Assembly: GCF_036321535.1 (NCBI RefSeq)
Contig: NC_087437.1
Span: 108,626,001 to 108,690,000 of the forward strand
Length of the DNA: 64,000 bases
Reading direction: 5' to 3'
DNA from: Camelus dromedarius
Lineage: Eukaryota
Position numbers and translations under genes: made by a program. Of this stretch, positions 39,061-51,930 are shown piece after piece. Numbering within the stretch: the stretch's first letter is position 1; each line of letters begins with the position of its first letter. The notes under the pieces were generated by a model. That model saw only the letters and a program-made list of their open reading frames with translations. It was not told the DNA's origin and did no database searches.

Positions 39061-40467
39061 TTATGATTTTAGCCTTTTAGCTAAATGCATGTGAACTGAT
39101 TTGAATTTAACAGTTTTAATTAAGAAAATGATATTATTACTGTTCACCAAAATATTATTTTTAAAGCACTCAAGGACAACAGATTAAAACTGTCATTGAA
39201 TTCAACAAAATTTTATGTACTGTCTTCCTAGTGTGGTAATAAAACAGAATAACATTCTGTCCTAGATGAATTGTCCTAATGTAATTGACAGTCCTGCCAT
39301 AGAGGTGATACATAATTTGTGACTTCAAAAGGTGGGACGATTGCTGATTGGTAATGCTAACTGAAGAAATGTTTTTGAGAACAAGATACTTGAACTAGAC
39401 TTGGAATAAAAGGTAGCATTCAGATTAATGGTAGGAAGGATACAGGAATAGAGTAAACAAAGGTATAGAGGGAGAGATTCACAAAACAGTTTCCTAAGTT
39501 AGAGACAGAGACCAAGTAAGACTATCAGAGGAATACTGGCACCTAATGGCAGAACGTCTCAAAAGACAAGCTACTGAGTTTGAATTTCATGCTCTACTTT
39601 CCCAAAGATTTTTAAGCATGGAAGTATGACTCAAGAGAAAATCTTCCAACCAGACCATGGTCAGAGAAAGCCTGAGCTCTGAGAGGAGATAATGGATATA
39701 AATACCACTGCAACCAGCAGTCCACATAAGGACTGAACAGTTTTCCTTGTGCCCATGTTTGTGCAAACCAAAATAAATAATAGTCCTGACTACAACCCAT
39801 TAACTTCATTTTAAATGCCACAGCTCTAAGATCCCATGTCAGTCTTTATTCTAAGAATGACTTAATGGAAGTCTAATATTCATTAATGTTCTAAAATGAG
39901 AAAACACTTTCTGCTACGTGGATGAAATTGCTCAGAAAAAAAAAAAGTCTAACACTTTTCTTCAAATGCTCTGATATGTTGAAAACTCATTGTAAAACTG
40001 CTAATTATGACAGAATTCATAAAGGGTTGTATCTATTTTGAGTGCATCCAAGAGGAATTTCATCTTCGAAATACAAAAGAAGTCTGAAGTACTCAGGAAA
40101 CTGCTTCAAGGAATAAGTAGCAGTAGATTTAAATCTTGGAGGATTATCAATATCTGGGTATAAATTTCCTTGTATTCTCTCATTGCCTTGACCTCCCACA
40201 TAGTAGCATGGTCTGCAAGGAATATGGATATAGCAAAGCTCAACAAGTCTCCCTGGACCTCCTGTGGCTGTGGTGCAGACAGACATCCCCCCAGCCCAGT
40301 GCCAACGCCAGGTGCTGCCCTGCCAGAAATCCACTCCTCTCTGTCCGGTAGCATCCATGCCCCTGGTTCTTGGGGAGACCATTTTTGGAAAGGGCACTAA
40401 GCTAGGCTCACCAAATAGTACACATAACTTTCATACCAGTTCAGGCAGCAACCATTTCCCTTCGGAC

Positions 40468-40945
40468 AGTCAGGGTTCAGTTAGGAAAACAGAAGCCACT
40501 CTAGATATTTCAACCAAGAAATAATTTAACAAAGGGATTCAGAACTTACAAAATTGTTACAAGGACTGAGGACACAACAGTCATGGACGTCTCCAATTAC
40601 ATTCAACAAATTTTAACGGGCAGGAATCCCAAGACATTTCCATGAGCATCAGAGTGAGTAATTCTCAGGAGGACACTAGTAACCATTTGCAAAATCTCAC
40701 TTCGATCATCTGCTGACACTAGGTCACCTGCCTGCCATGGAAACCAAAGAGCAGTGGTTCCTCCCCCTTTTCTGCTTTCCCAAATTCACAGAAGTGCCTC
40801 ACACTGGGGAAATTTAGACTGGAGCCTGCTGACTGACAAGTTAAGCCAAGAAATGTAATTTTTAACATTTTAGCCCTGTAAGGCAGGGTGGAGCTTAGAA
40901 AGACAAGAATATTGCTAAAAGCCAATAGATAACATCCAGCACATC
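40468..40945 (-). mobile_element. Old ERVL-type LTR (LTR33-group-like)
   Basis: gtcagggttcagttaggaaaacagaagccactctagatatttcaa...aatttaacaaaggga...gaaatgtaatttt. Confidence 0.55.
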
Positions 40946-42689
40946 TTTCTTCTCTTGACAACCCATAACCAAAACCATTACCAAGAAATCAAGACTCATT
41001 CCTCCACAGTATTCTCATTGTGGTGCTATCCCTCCAGAGACTCAATTCAGGGCTCCTCCTTCCCTATTCTGTGTTCTGCTGCTCCTTCTGCTCCCCCTTG
41101 GAAACCACACCTCATCTTCCAAGCAACCACTTACCCAAAGTTCAAATAACAGTGTGTGCATTTTCGTGGGTGGAGAGGTGGAGAAGGAATGGTATGGAGA
41201 GACTTTCACTAAACCCAAGATTAAGCCTCTAACATGAAAGGGGTAGATTTTGCAATACACGCTGAATAGTGCTTCAGTTAGCTGGCCAAGTACATACAAA
41301 AAAACCTAGAAGTGTGTACAGCACTTTACTTTAGCATATTCCAACCCAAAGAGAACCCATAGTGGATAGAGATTTGGGGGTGGGTTATCTTCACTATTCC
41401 ACTCAGCCTCCATACCCATTGTGCACATGTCTTTTATGATAATTCCATGTGTGTCTGACTCTCTCACTAGATTTTGAGTTATTTGAGTGCAAGTATCCTG
41501 CTTTGCTAATCTTGGTATCTCTGGTACACAATGTAATACCAATTATGCAGTAGGATTTCCATGAATAAATGGAATGGTGAGCTGGAGCTTGAAGAATTTT
41601 CCACTGTATCCCAACGGGCTGTTCAGTGTTCCTAGATCACTCAGTCACTTCAAACACACATATCCAAAATAAAATTCATAGGTTCCTTTAGTATTTTTCC
41701 TCTTAACAGTTTAATATTTATTTTTTTAAATGATACTATTCATCAAAAAGGTGAATAAATCCTAAGTTCAAGATGTTTTATGGATTTACATGGCTATTGA
41801 AGACATTTAAGAAAAGACGTGAGAACAAAAGTGGTAGGAGTGAAAATGTTTTAGGAAGATAAAAATGGAGATTTGGGGGCTTTAGGCAACAACTATTTGT
41901 GATCTAGCCGGAAGGACTGATGGCATTTTTAACACACTTGATACCTTGATACTGATATTAAATGATAACATAATAGCATTTCCAGGTTTATTTGGTAATA
42001 ATGTAAAATTTTGGAAGCAGTTATATATATTATCACTCCTATCTCAAATATCATGAAAAAAAGACACAAAAGAGAATAAATTCACATGTTAGAAGAAAAG
42101 AAAGTGTACCACCTGAAGACATTTTGAGGAGTCTCTAAAAGATGTAAGCAAACTGAATCATGCCTACAGAGTCACAAAGCTGAAAAAAGCCTCAGTGTGA
42201 AACACATGCAAAAGAAGGTGACATACAGTTCTGGAAGTTCCAAAGTCAACAGATAAAATAATAGGGAAGAGTATGAAGGAAGCTTTGAAAATGCTGAAGT
42301 GGTTAGTCTCTCCCACATCCTGCTAAACAGCTGCCAGGAGAGACACTGGCAACTGGGTTAAAGCACTGATGTCAGCTCAGAGTCCAAGACCCAGGTGGTA
42401 CCAGGTAGAAGCTGATCCAAGGAGGAACAGAGAATCACCTCTCATCCAGCAGAGCATTCCGTCCCTCCCACACAGTCACTAAAGGTGAGCTACAGTGTCC
42501 ACAGTCAGCATTCTCACACAAGTGACAAGGACAAAAATGAGTAAACAACCAAAAATTATCAAACATTTGAGTGAAAGCAACACCGCTAAAGAATAGCACC
42601 AAATCCAACTAGTTGATTAACTAACATCTGAGAAAACAGAATTAATAGAACAATGGTGAGGGAAACATCTCTAAGTAAGATTTATATAT

Positions 42690-43575
42690 AGCTGTTACTT
42701 CATATTTCAAAGCCCTAACTCCCAGTAACTCAGAATGTGATTGTACTTGAGATAAAGCCTTTAAAGAAGTGATTAAGTTAAAATGAAGCTATTGGGTGAA
42801 CCCTAACTCAAGACTAGTGTCCTCATATAAAAAGAGGAGTTTAGGACACATAAGGGTGCCAACTAAAAATTGACACTTGCTACCTCCCTCTACAAGGATC
42901 GAATCACACTGGCACTTGTCATCTACCTTTACTTGGATTAAATCACAAGCCTCTGCAGCCACTGACCTCCAGCACTCCCTGAAAGGACTTCAGAGTTGAG
43001 ATCAGGAATGAGGCACTCTGTGCTCTGGGAAAACTGGTGAAACAACCTTCAGATAGTTAGATATCTTCAGGAGAATATTTTATGAGCCCAAATTCTTGCA
43101 TCTCCTCATATCTAGAAAAGCACTAAAATCATTAACAGTGACATCTGCTCCTCATGACTAGTAGCAGCCTCTGCCTAAATGTGTGCTTGACTGTATGTGC
43201 CCCCACTTCACTGAAATCACACATAACACTGAATTTCCCCGGCCTCTTTGGAGCAGTCACTCAGAGCTATCTGAGATGCTGGCACCCAAGCTATAGTCCT
43301 CATTTTGCCCCAAATAAAACTTAACCCTGGTGTGGTTTTATTTCAGTCAACAAGGGCAAGCAGACATGTGCATACACAGAGGAAAGACCATTTGAAGAGG
43401 CAGCAAGAGGATGACCATCTGCAAGCAAAAGAAAGAGGCCTCATAGGAAACCAGCCTTGCTCTGCACCTTGATCTCATACTTCCCATCTCCAGAACTGTG
43501 AGAAAATAAATTTCTATTGTTTAAGCCACCAAGTCTATGGTTTTGTCATGGCAGTCTTAGCAAATAAATGCAATA
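42690..43575 (+). mobile_element. MaLR LTR (MLT1B-like), split by an ERV1 LTR
   Basis: ctcagaatgtgattgta...aagtgattaagttaaaatgaag on the left; ccatctgcaagc...ctccagaactgtgagaaaataaatttctattgtttaagccacc on the right. Confidence 0.88.
42857..43352 (+). mobile_element. Complete ERV1 solo LTR
   Basis: TG...CA ends with imperfect terminal inverted repeats (tgccaactaaaa / tttcagtcaaca), AATAAA near 43313, and 4-bp TSD aggg at 42853-42856 and 43353-43356. Confidence 0.9.
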
Positions 43576-44764
43576 GTGATGTTCTCAGATAGAAGATATT
43601 GCAAAAAAAATCTAACTAAAGGGTTTAGAAATTTAAAATGTTATTGTTGAATGATTTTTAAGTTATCTAAATAGAATGGGCATAGCTGAAGAAGGAATCG
43701 GTGAGCTGGAAGATCAAGCTAAGCAATTTCTCAAAATGCTGTGCAAAAGAAAAATGAGACAAAAAGCATGAAGAAAGAGAAAAAAAAACATGGAGGATAG
43801 ACCCAGAGGTTTCAGCAGCTGTCTGATAGGTACCCCAGAGTGAAAACAGAGATCACAGAAAAGAGGAGGTGACAGAAGCTATTGGAGAACCTCCCCAGAG
43901 CTGAAAAAACACATGAGTCTTTTCACTCAAAAGGCCCATCGGGTGCCAATGGAAATGAATGAAATAACCACAGCAAATCACATCCACGTAAAACTTAAAA
44001 AAAAAATCTAGTGGTAAGAAGGAAATCCTAAACAATTCTGGAGAAGGGGAAAGACGGTCAACTAAGCAATGAGAATTAGGCTGCGTCATTTCGACAACAA
44101 CACAATATTGGGAGGGTGTGAGAATAAGTTGGAGTACTATTTTCAAAATTCTAAGAAAAATTAATAATCAAACCTAGAATTCTATGCCAACCAAATTTCA
44201 AATGGAAACACAAAAGACATTTTTAGTCGGGAAAGAACTCATAAAATTTATTTGTTATCCTTTCTGTAGTAATTTCTCAAGAGATGTACTCAAAAAAAAA
44301 AAGAAAATATAAAAAGAGGAAGATGTGGAATACAATAAATTGCAGAAGGGAAAGAAAACAGTAGCAATTTCAAAAGTTATTGCTTTTTTAATTTAATAAC
44401 AATTATAAGCAAAGTCACAAGCAATCTCAACATGGCAGGTACGTATGGAGTTAATCAAACAGGAGGAAGGAAAAGCACACTTCTCTTGTTTGGCGGTAAT
44501 GTTGAGATACTTATTAACTCTAGATTTCATTTGAAAAAATAAGCTTAAAATTGTTTATTTTGTAAGTATTCATTTTTGAGAAATATATACCTTGTGGGAG
44601 TAATTAAAGGAGGGAACTGAGGGGTTTTATTAAGATTAGTAATTGCACCACCAAGTAGCTACTAATACATGTCTGATGGAGTGAAGCAAATGGGCCTATG
44701 ACAGGACCACAGAGCCGCGACCTTCCTCAATTTCCCCTCCCATCCATTGGCCCTATGTGTTGGG

Positions 44765-44965
44765 AAGTGGACAGTGCAGTGGCCAAAATTCTGGAGTTTA
44801 AGTCCTAGTTCCCCATTCACTAGCTGTGTGACCTTAGTGACCATCCTTACCTTCTCAAATCAATGGTTTGTCTATTATTAACGTTGGGTTAGTACTACCT
44901 TGTAAAATTGCTGCACAGACAAAAAATACAAGGTAAAGCTCTCTCGGTGACAAACCACGTGCACT
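44765..44965 (+). mobile_element. MIR SINE
   Basis: cattcactagctgtgtgaccttag...agtactaccttgtaaaattgctg. Confidence 0.7.
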
Positions 44966-46814
44966 TCTGGACAGGGATATAGAGTGATGACCAGACACAC
45001 CCTGAGGTCCTCCCCACTCCAGACTACTTTCTGCTTTTCTCTTCTCCCTCTTCTTTTCCCACAACCTCAGGAATTCTCAGTGATCCAAACTTTGGGCCAG
45101 TTGTGCAGAGAAGCTGCCACGGTGGGCTCGCTGCAGCTGGACCCCATTGTGTCTTCCCAGAACCTCACAGGAGCCTCATTACAGCCCAGGGGGCTTGGTA
45201 TTAAGTTCTGGCAGCATCAGTTCAGCTTCACCATGGGTGGCCACCATCTTGAGGCAAAGAGCTATGGTTTTTACATCCTCCTCATCGGATAGAACCACAG
45301 AGAAAGGCATTTGGATTCATTTTTAATGCCGAAAGTAATAGCCTTACAGATGTACATTCTTGTTGATTTAAAGGTTGCTTTTTGATATGTCAAACCGTCA
45401 CCTACATTTGTTGTTTTGCTTTAAATGTTCCTCTTTGTCTGTCTCTTCCTTTCCATTTCCAAACCTAAGGACCGTGGGTTATCTATAATCAGTCATTACT
45501 GTTTTAGTTACCCTCAGTTAGTGAAAACGGAATTCTTGAAGCTCTTGTTGTTGCTCAAGAAAAAGCCAACAAATAACAGGATACAGAAAAGCCTCAAGTA
45601 AAACTAGATGGGTATTATTGGGTATGCATGATGAAGGATACACAAAGCCTTTTGTGTTGAAGAGTCAAAATGTGCCATCTAAACTGAACAATATAATTTA
45701 TTTATTATACAATAATTAGCTTAACATTTTCATTTATTATGTAACTTATTAGCTTAAAATATAATTTATTAGCTTAAAAATCATATAATTTATTAGATTT
45801 TTAAAAATCCTATTCATTTAAATCTACATCATTCATGTGTTTATAATGTTTGCCTACACTTTTTATGTGAAGACTTTTTGATTTAAGCAAAGGTAAGTCA
45901 ACAACTACATGGGAAAATCAAATACATGAGAATATTTGGGCAGTTTTTTAGCTTATTGAATTTCTAGTAGTGGAGGATTTACCCAACAGTCCTTTAGTTT
46001 TCCACCTTTATTTTTCAATGATTTATTTTTTAAAAGCATCCCAGTTGCCTAACTCAATAGGTGAATTGTGCTTACAGTGCTTAAGGAACATGACTTTTTC
46101 TTAACCAATGATTTCTTATTTTAAAATGCCTCAGAAATGTCATTCTAGTTTTTGATTTATTAAGTGATATGAATTCAGAGGTAGAATATGGGAAATCAGG
46201 CTAAGAGTATAGTCATCACAGCTCATGACATATGTATACTTTTCAAAATCCAGGGGGAAAAGATTGCACTAGCAAATTATCTCCTTTTCATAGAAAGTTG
46301 TGTACAAAAATTTCCAGATTTCATCATAATATCCAAATGCTTTAGAGCATGTAGGTTTAATTTACTGTTTCTGGCATTTATTTTTCCAGTGTTTACAATA
46401 GTGAGTTTCTTTGCCTAGTAAAAGTGTGGGGAACCTAAAATGAAAGGAATCCAAAGCAATCCTAGATAGACAAAATACCCACGTAAATCAGCTTCTCCTC
46501 AGACACCAACATCAGAGTCTAAACTCCAAATGCAGCCCAGTTGTCTTAACACTCCCCTCTCCCAACTAGTATGTTTCCTCTTTTCAGGTTTCCATAGGCC
46601 GATCATTTTTATTCCTTATATTTAAAAGGCTGTAAATCTTAAGGAAGATATGGGCAGAGTAAAGCACAGAGAGTGAAATGCCTGAAATGTAGCTTTGGTC
46701 TGACTTGGGATTTGTTCAGTTGTTCTCTTTTCCTTAAGGATCCCCATCTCTACTCCATCCATTTGTTTCACTGACACCATTCAGAACCTATGCTCACATC
46801 TAACGTCTCAGTAC

Positions 46815-47045
46815 AATACAGTGGGACAGGGTGTGGGCTCTAGAATCAGCGACCTCAGTTGGAATCTCTTCTGCCCCACTAAGCAGTAGCGTGATTTCAT
46901 GCAAGAGTCTTAAATTCTCCAAGCCTCCATTTTCTTATCTGTAAAGTGGAGCTAACAGCACAAAGTGAGTAATCTTGAAATGATTAAACGGGTTGACCTA
47001 TGTGAAAGAAACTGGTCTGTAATAGACGCTTAGTAGGTACTAGTT
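46815..47045 (+). mobile_element. MIR SINE
   Basis: gggctctagaatcag...aagcctccattttcttatctgtaaagtgg. Confidence 0.75.
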
Positions 47046-49364
47046 TCTCTTCCCTGGGTGAAGGAATTTGGAAAGAAAAACAATGTTTTTGTCAATAAGC
47101 ACATATCACTTGATCGCCACAAGCCTTTATCTAAACAATCTAAATGAAAATTCAAGGGCAAAGTACCAAAGAAAAGAGGCTAAAATATCTGTCCGAAAAA
47201 AAAAAAAAATCACTAAAATTCTCCGCCAACTTTCCAGTCTCAGAAGACCCACAATGCTCTTACCAAGAATTTCCACTGCCCCTCTTCCAGTTGCTAATGA
47301 CAAGACCAACAGACCTGACACGTGTTTTCTGTTAGGATACAGTGATAGCGCTCAATCTCCAGTAAAATTTTAGTATAATCAAATGTATTCAAATTAAAGC
47401 ATAACTTAGTATTTTGTTTGCAAGTCAGAAGGTATTTCAAGACTTTGTCCTGTCTCTGTTTGCTAACAGGAACACTTATTAGTGGTTTATTCTGGTTATT
47501 TTCACTGTTTATCTCTTTGGAGCTAGATATTGGAACTTAATCTAGTAATACAACCTAGAGGACCAAAAAGAGACATAAACACAAATACTGGGGTAAATGA
47601 ATAAAGGGATTTAGACAAACAACTGCAAAGAAGAGAATTATTCTACCTTGGAGAATATCACATTCTCTGTTCCCTTTTTATGGACATTTTATGCTGCAGA
47701 ATTCAGGTCACCATGCTAGCCACACTCTAAAACAGTCATCTTCCTGCTTGACAATACAGTGGAGCCAATGGGTTTAGCAGAACTTGGGGACATATCTCAC
47801 ATACCATCTGGGATAAAGAAAACAGGGTTTTCTTTTCATTTCCTTAGCAATTACAAATTTACCTACTGGTATCAGCCCAAATTAAGCAGAAAATAAGGTA
47901 AAGTTCTTTTAAACATTTGGCAAGTTGTGTTTTAAGTCCTATTGACCATATCAAGATACCTACAATCTATATCACAAATCATGTGAAACAGTAATTTTCT
48001 CTAAAAATGCTGGATTTCTTGGCCCATGTTGTAAAGAGATATTGTAAGGGACCAACTGCAGCAGGAACTTTATAGAACATTTGTGGAATAAAATATGTGA
48101 AGAATTTCTCTAGTTTATTTCCTTTAAATGAGCCACACCATAAAAGGGGTTACAACATACTTTTATATATATATAAATGTCCCTGGGCCCTCTTAATTGT
48201 CAGATTGTTAGACTAGCTTTGCTGTGAAAGAACTGAAGAACTCCAGCTGGAGTCTTTACTTTCCCCGACTGTTACTGAAGGTTTGATTTAATTATCTAGC
48301 TGAGCTGCTGTGATTAGCATCGGCAAAGCTTTGCCCTATAACAACTTGAAATAGACTTTAGGGGAAGCTCTTGGCAGTTTGGATGGACCCTCTGAAATAG
48401 AGCATTCCACCTGGCCGCTAAGCCCAGGAATTAATGTCCATTCAGTTTTCATTCCCTCCTCCTAATGTGTTTGTGTACTGCTCACTGACAACTGTAACAT
48501 GTTTGTAGTACAAACAGTACTTTGAATTGGGGGTTTAAATCTCTTTCAGGCTTTCTCATGTGGCTGGAATGTTGGCATGGCTCAGAAAACAAAGTCACTT
48601 TAAAAAAAAAAAAGAAAAAAGAAGTTGGTTCCTCCAGGAAGAGAGAGATGGCTATCGAGCTTGACAAATGCAATGTAATGTGAACAGGGCAGCAGAGCTA
48701 ATTCTGTTAAGTGATTGCTATGGGCCTTTGCTTGTCTTGGACTTTCTGCCTTTTGCTGCACACAGGGTGGGCCTTGTTAAACTGCCAAGTCAACAATTTT
48801 ATATCCAGAGGCTTTTGACCATTTTATATCTGAAGGCTTTGCTATTTTGTTGTGATTTTTTAACAGCGAAGTTCAAAGTGCTCTGGGGATTTCGTTTCTG
48901 AAGCCATAATAACACTTAGCAAAGTCAGTGGATTGTTGTTTGCTGAGTGCAGGCTTAGAAATTGGGTTCTAAGAGGAAAAAAATAATAATAGAATAAAAT
49001 CACTGATTTGGATATTATAGTGGGCTTTGTTCATTTCTCTTGGCTGGTACATTTTTAAAGTTTGCATTGGATCTCTGTTTCCACTGAACCATTTCAGAAA
49101 CCAGAACACAAGGCTGAGTTACAAGCCAATGAGCAGCATGGGGTTATCTTTCTGCTCCTGGGGCATTCTCCCGCTCGACCAGCTTCACTCTGTGGAGATG
49201 TGTGTTGAGCTCCTACATTACTTCATCTGTGTCAAACATAACTGAGGCACAGATCACTTAAAAAGTAGCCCCCAAGTCCTGGGGCCTGGTGCCCTATAAT
49301 CTAAAAGCGGAAACCACTGTCACTCGATGGACACAAATCAGCAAGCCTCATTCAGCACACATTT

Positions 49365-49904
49365 TTTTTTAATTGAAGTATAGTCAGTTTACAATGTTGC
49401 ATTAGTTGCTCGTTTACAGCATAGTGATTCAGTTATACATATATGTATTCCTCTTCATATTCTTTTTCATTATAGGCTATTACAAGGTGTTGAATATATT
49501 TCCCTGTGTTCTACAGTAGACCTTGTTTTTTATCTATTTTATATATAGTAGTTGGTATCTGCAAAATCCCAAACTCCCAATTTATCCCTCCCTACCCCTT
49601 TTCACCCTAGTAATTATGAGTTTGTTCTCTATGTCTGTGAGTCTGTTTCTGTTTTGTAAACTTCACTTGTCTCATTTTTTTATATTACACATATGAGTGA
49701 TAGCATATGGTATTTTTCTTTCTCTTCCTGGCTTATTTCACTTAGAATGACAATCTCCAGGTCCATCCATATTGCTGCAAATAGCATCATTTTATTCTTT
49801 TTTATGGCTGAGTAGTATTCCATTGTATAAATATACCACAACTTTATCCAGTCATTTGTCAATGGACATTTAGGTTGTTTCCATGTCTTGGATATTGTAA
49901 ATAG
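49365..49904 (-). mobile_element. L1 3' end with TSD
   Basis: ORF 49680..49955(-) reads ...[36 protein letters not shown]... TSD cagcacacattt at 49353-49364 and 49905-49916. Confidence 0.95.
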
Positions 49905-50004
49905 CAGCACACATTTATTAAATACCTGCAATACATTAGATGCTGTATTAAACATGTGCTACATTACTGTGCAAAAAAATTAATAAATGTAAGAGTTGAA
50001 GGTT

Positions 50005-50398
50005 TCTAAAAGTGACCAGATCCCCAATCAGCTCCATCAGAACCCACAGGTAAGTTTATGTACTAAGCAGTTTCCTGAGTCCTACCCCAGATCCACTTAA
50101 CCAGATTGAAGGTGAGGTTAACTTTATATTTCTAACATCTCCCCAGTGATTCGTGCAACTAAATGTTTGAAAACTATCCTAGAACCATGATTCTCAAACC
50201 TGACTGAACATTGGAATCACCTGGTGAATTTAAAGCCACCAAGGACCCAGCAGATCAACTAAATCAGACCATCTGGAGGGAGGGGGTTCCCTGGCATCAA
50301 TTTTTGTTTTGTTTTTGTTTTTATTTTTGTTTTTGTTTTTGTTTTTTAAGAGATTTCTCAAGTGATTCTCATATGTAGTCAAGGCTAAGAACCAGCCT
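50005..50398. mobile_element. Two adjacent MER5-like hAT MITEs, one with (TTTTTG)n
   Basis: ttctcaaacctgactgaacattggaatcacctgg...agtgattctcatatgtagtcaaggctaagaacca, with a similar element at 50005-50178. Confidence 0.7.
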
Positions 50399-51002
50399 GG
50401 ACAGTAAGCCCTACAGGAATTCACAAGAGAGAAAAATGACTTCCAACTGGGGAGGCCAGATGCTACCTTTAGTTTCTTCTCGTATCTTGCAAGAGACGTT
50501 ATGTTCTCTTTGGAAAGTGTCTGTGTATGGGTTTATTATTGTTAATAAAATGACATACTTAAACAGTATCCATCCAAGAAACAGAATATTTTATAGACAC
50601 CACTTAATCTCATTTATCCTCAATTTATCCCCTGTAATGTAATTAGAAGAAAAATTTATTACTGTCCCAAACACAGATAAAGCAGAAGATCAGTACTTTG
50701 CCAGAGATGACACTGCAAGTTCATTCTAAAAACCTGACTCCACTGAATTTGCTTCCCAGAAAAGTTTTTTTTTAAAGAGTCTGTAAACAGTTCTGGTTGA
50801 AATGAACCTATTCAAGTCTGAAAATTATTCAAATATACCATTAGCACATCTACATCCCATAATAGCCTGTCTTCCTTTTGGCTTTCTTTCTTTTGGTTGT
50901 AAATGAAGGGATATCCTACAGGGTCAATAATCCTCCTGTTTCTCTGTTTTCCTGTCCCCATAAGTCAACCACATCGAATACACCAGTGGACTTAGTCAGT
51001 TC

Positions 51003-51105
51003 AGGTTTTCACCTGTCCAGTTTGCCCAGAACTTTCCCAGTTTTAGTACTGAAAGCCCCATGCCCAGTAAATCGCTCAGTCCTGGGCAAACCGGGACAGT
51101 CTCTA
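51003..51105 (+). mobile_element. MER94-like hAT-Blackjack MITE
   Basis: gtttgcccagaactttcccagttttagtactgaaag...cagtcctgggcaaaccgggacagt. Confidence 0.8.
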
Positions 51106-51289
51106 TCAAAAGTGGATGTAACCATGCTTTAAGGATCTGTAGAGGAATGAGTGCTTGAGGCTGGTCAGGAAGGAGATAGTCCATGCCAACAGTGGGCAGG
51201 GAGTGAGACAATAAGTAACCACCAAGGTGGGTAGAATTGGCTTTAGGCCCCCACGGTCTGGCTAGACAGGCACAGTGTACAGTCCAGTG

Positions 51290-51461
51290 CAGTGGCTCTC
51301 AATTTTGAGTGTGCATTATTATCACCTGGAGGGCTCTTTAAAACACCTCCAGAGTTCCTGATTCAGTAGGTCTAGGGTGGGGCCTGAGAATTTGAATTTC
51401 TAACAAGTTGCCGTGAGATGCTGATGCCCTTAGACACAGGACCACACTTTGAGAACCAGTG
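51290..51461 (-). mobile_element. MER5A hAT MITE
   Basis: gattcagtaggtctagggtggggcctgagaattt...ggaccacactttgagaacca. Confidence 0.9.
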
Positions 51462-51828
51462 CTGGAATTGCCAGGTAGGCTTCAAGTTGGGCACAGGCAA
51501 CAGGTGGAATAGGGGTGGAGTCTGTCTTGGCACCAAAGAGCTAGAAGTAGACTGCACTGGGCTGAGATGCAGCCTGGGGACCAAGGTTCACATAGCAGGA
51601 TCCAGGTTGTGAGGACCTAGAGTACTCGGCAGATAATCACAGCAGGACCTCCATCATAAAGAAGTCTGACCAAGATGTTCCTGCTGGATATAAGTGCAAG
51701 GTGGGTTCTCCACCATTAATCAAGCCAAAATTCAGTGCCTGGGCAACAATGCAAGGTCACAGACTTAATGTTCATTCACTGGAGCTACTGCATTAGGAAT
51801 TCTTAAAGATCCCCTAACAAGAATAAAA

Positions 51829-51930
51829 TTAGTGACCAAGCAACCTGGTTTGCCCAGGACTTTCATGATTTTCCCACTGAAGGGCCAAGGCCTGGGCAAT
51901 TCCTCAGTCCTCGGACAGCTGGTCACTCTA
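51829..51930 (+). mobile_element. MER94-like MITE, second copy
   Basis: gtgaccaa...ggtttgcccaggacttt...ctcagtcc...ggacagctggtcactct. Confidence 0.75.

Larger units (their letters stand above)
42000..44560 (+). mobile_element. Ancient L1M/HAL1-like 5' region and ORF1 remnant, interrupted by nested LTRs
   Basis: ORF1-like A-rich sequence: gctgaagaaggaatcggtgagctggaaga...catggaggataga...aacctagaattctatgccaaccaaa. Confidence 0.65.
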
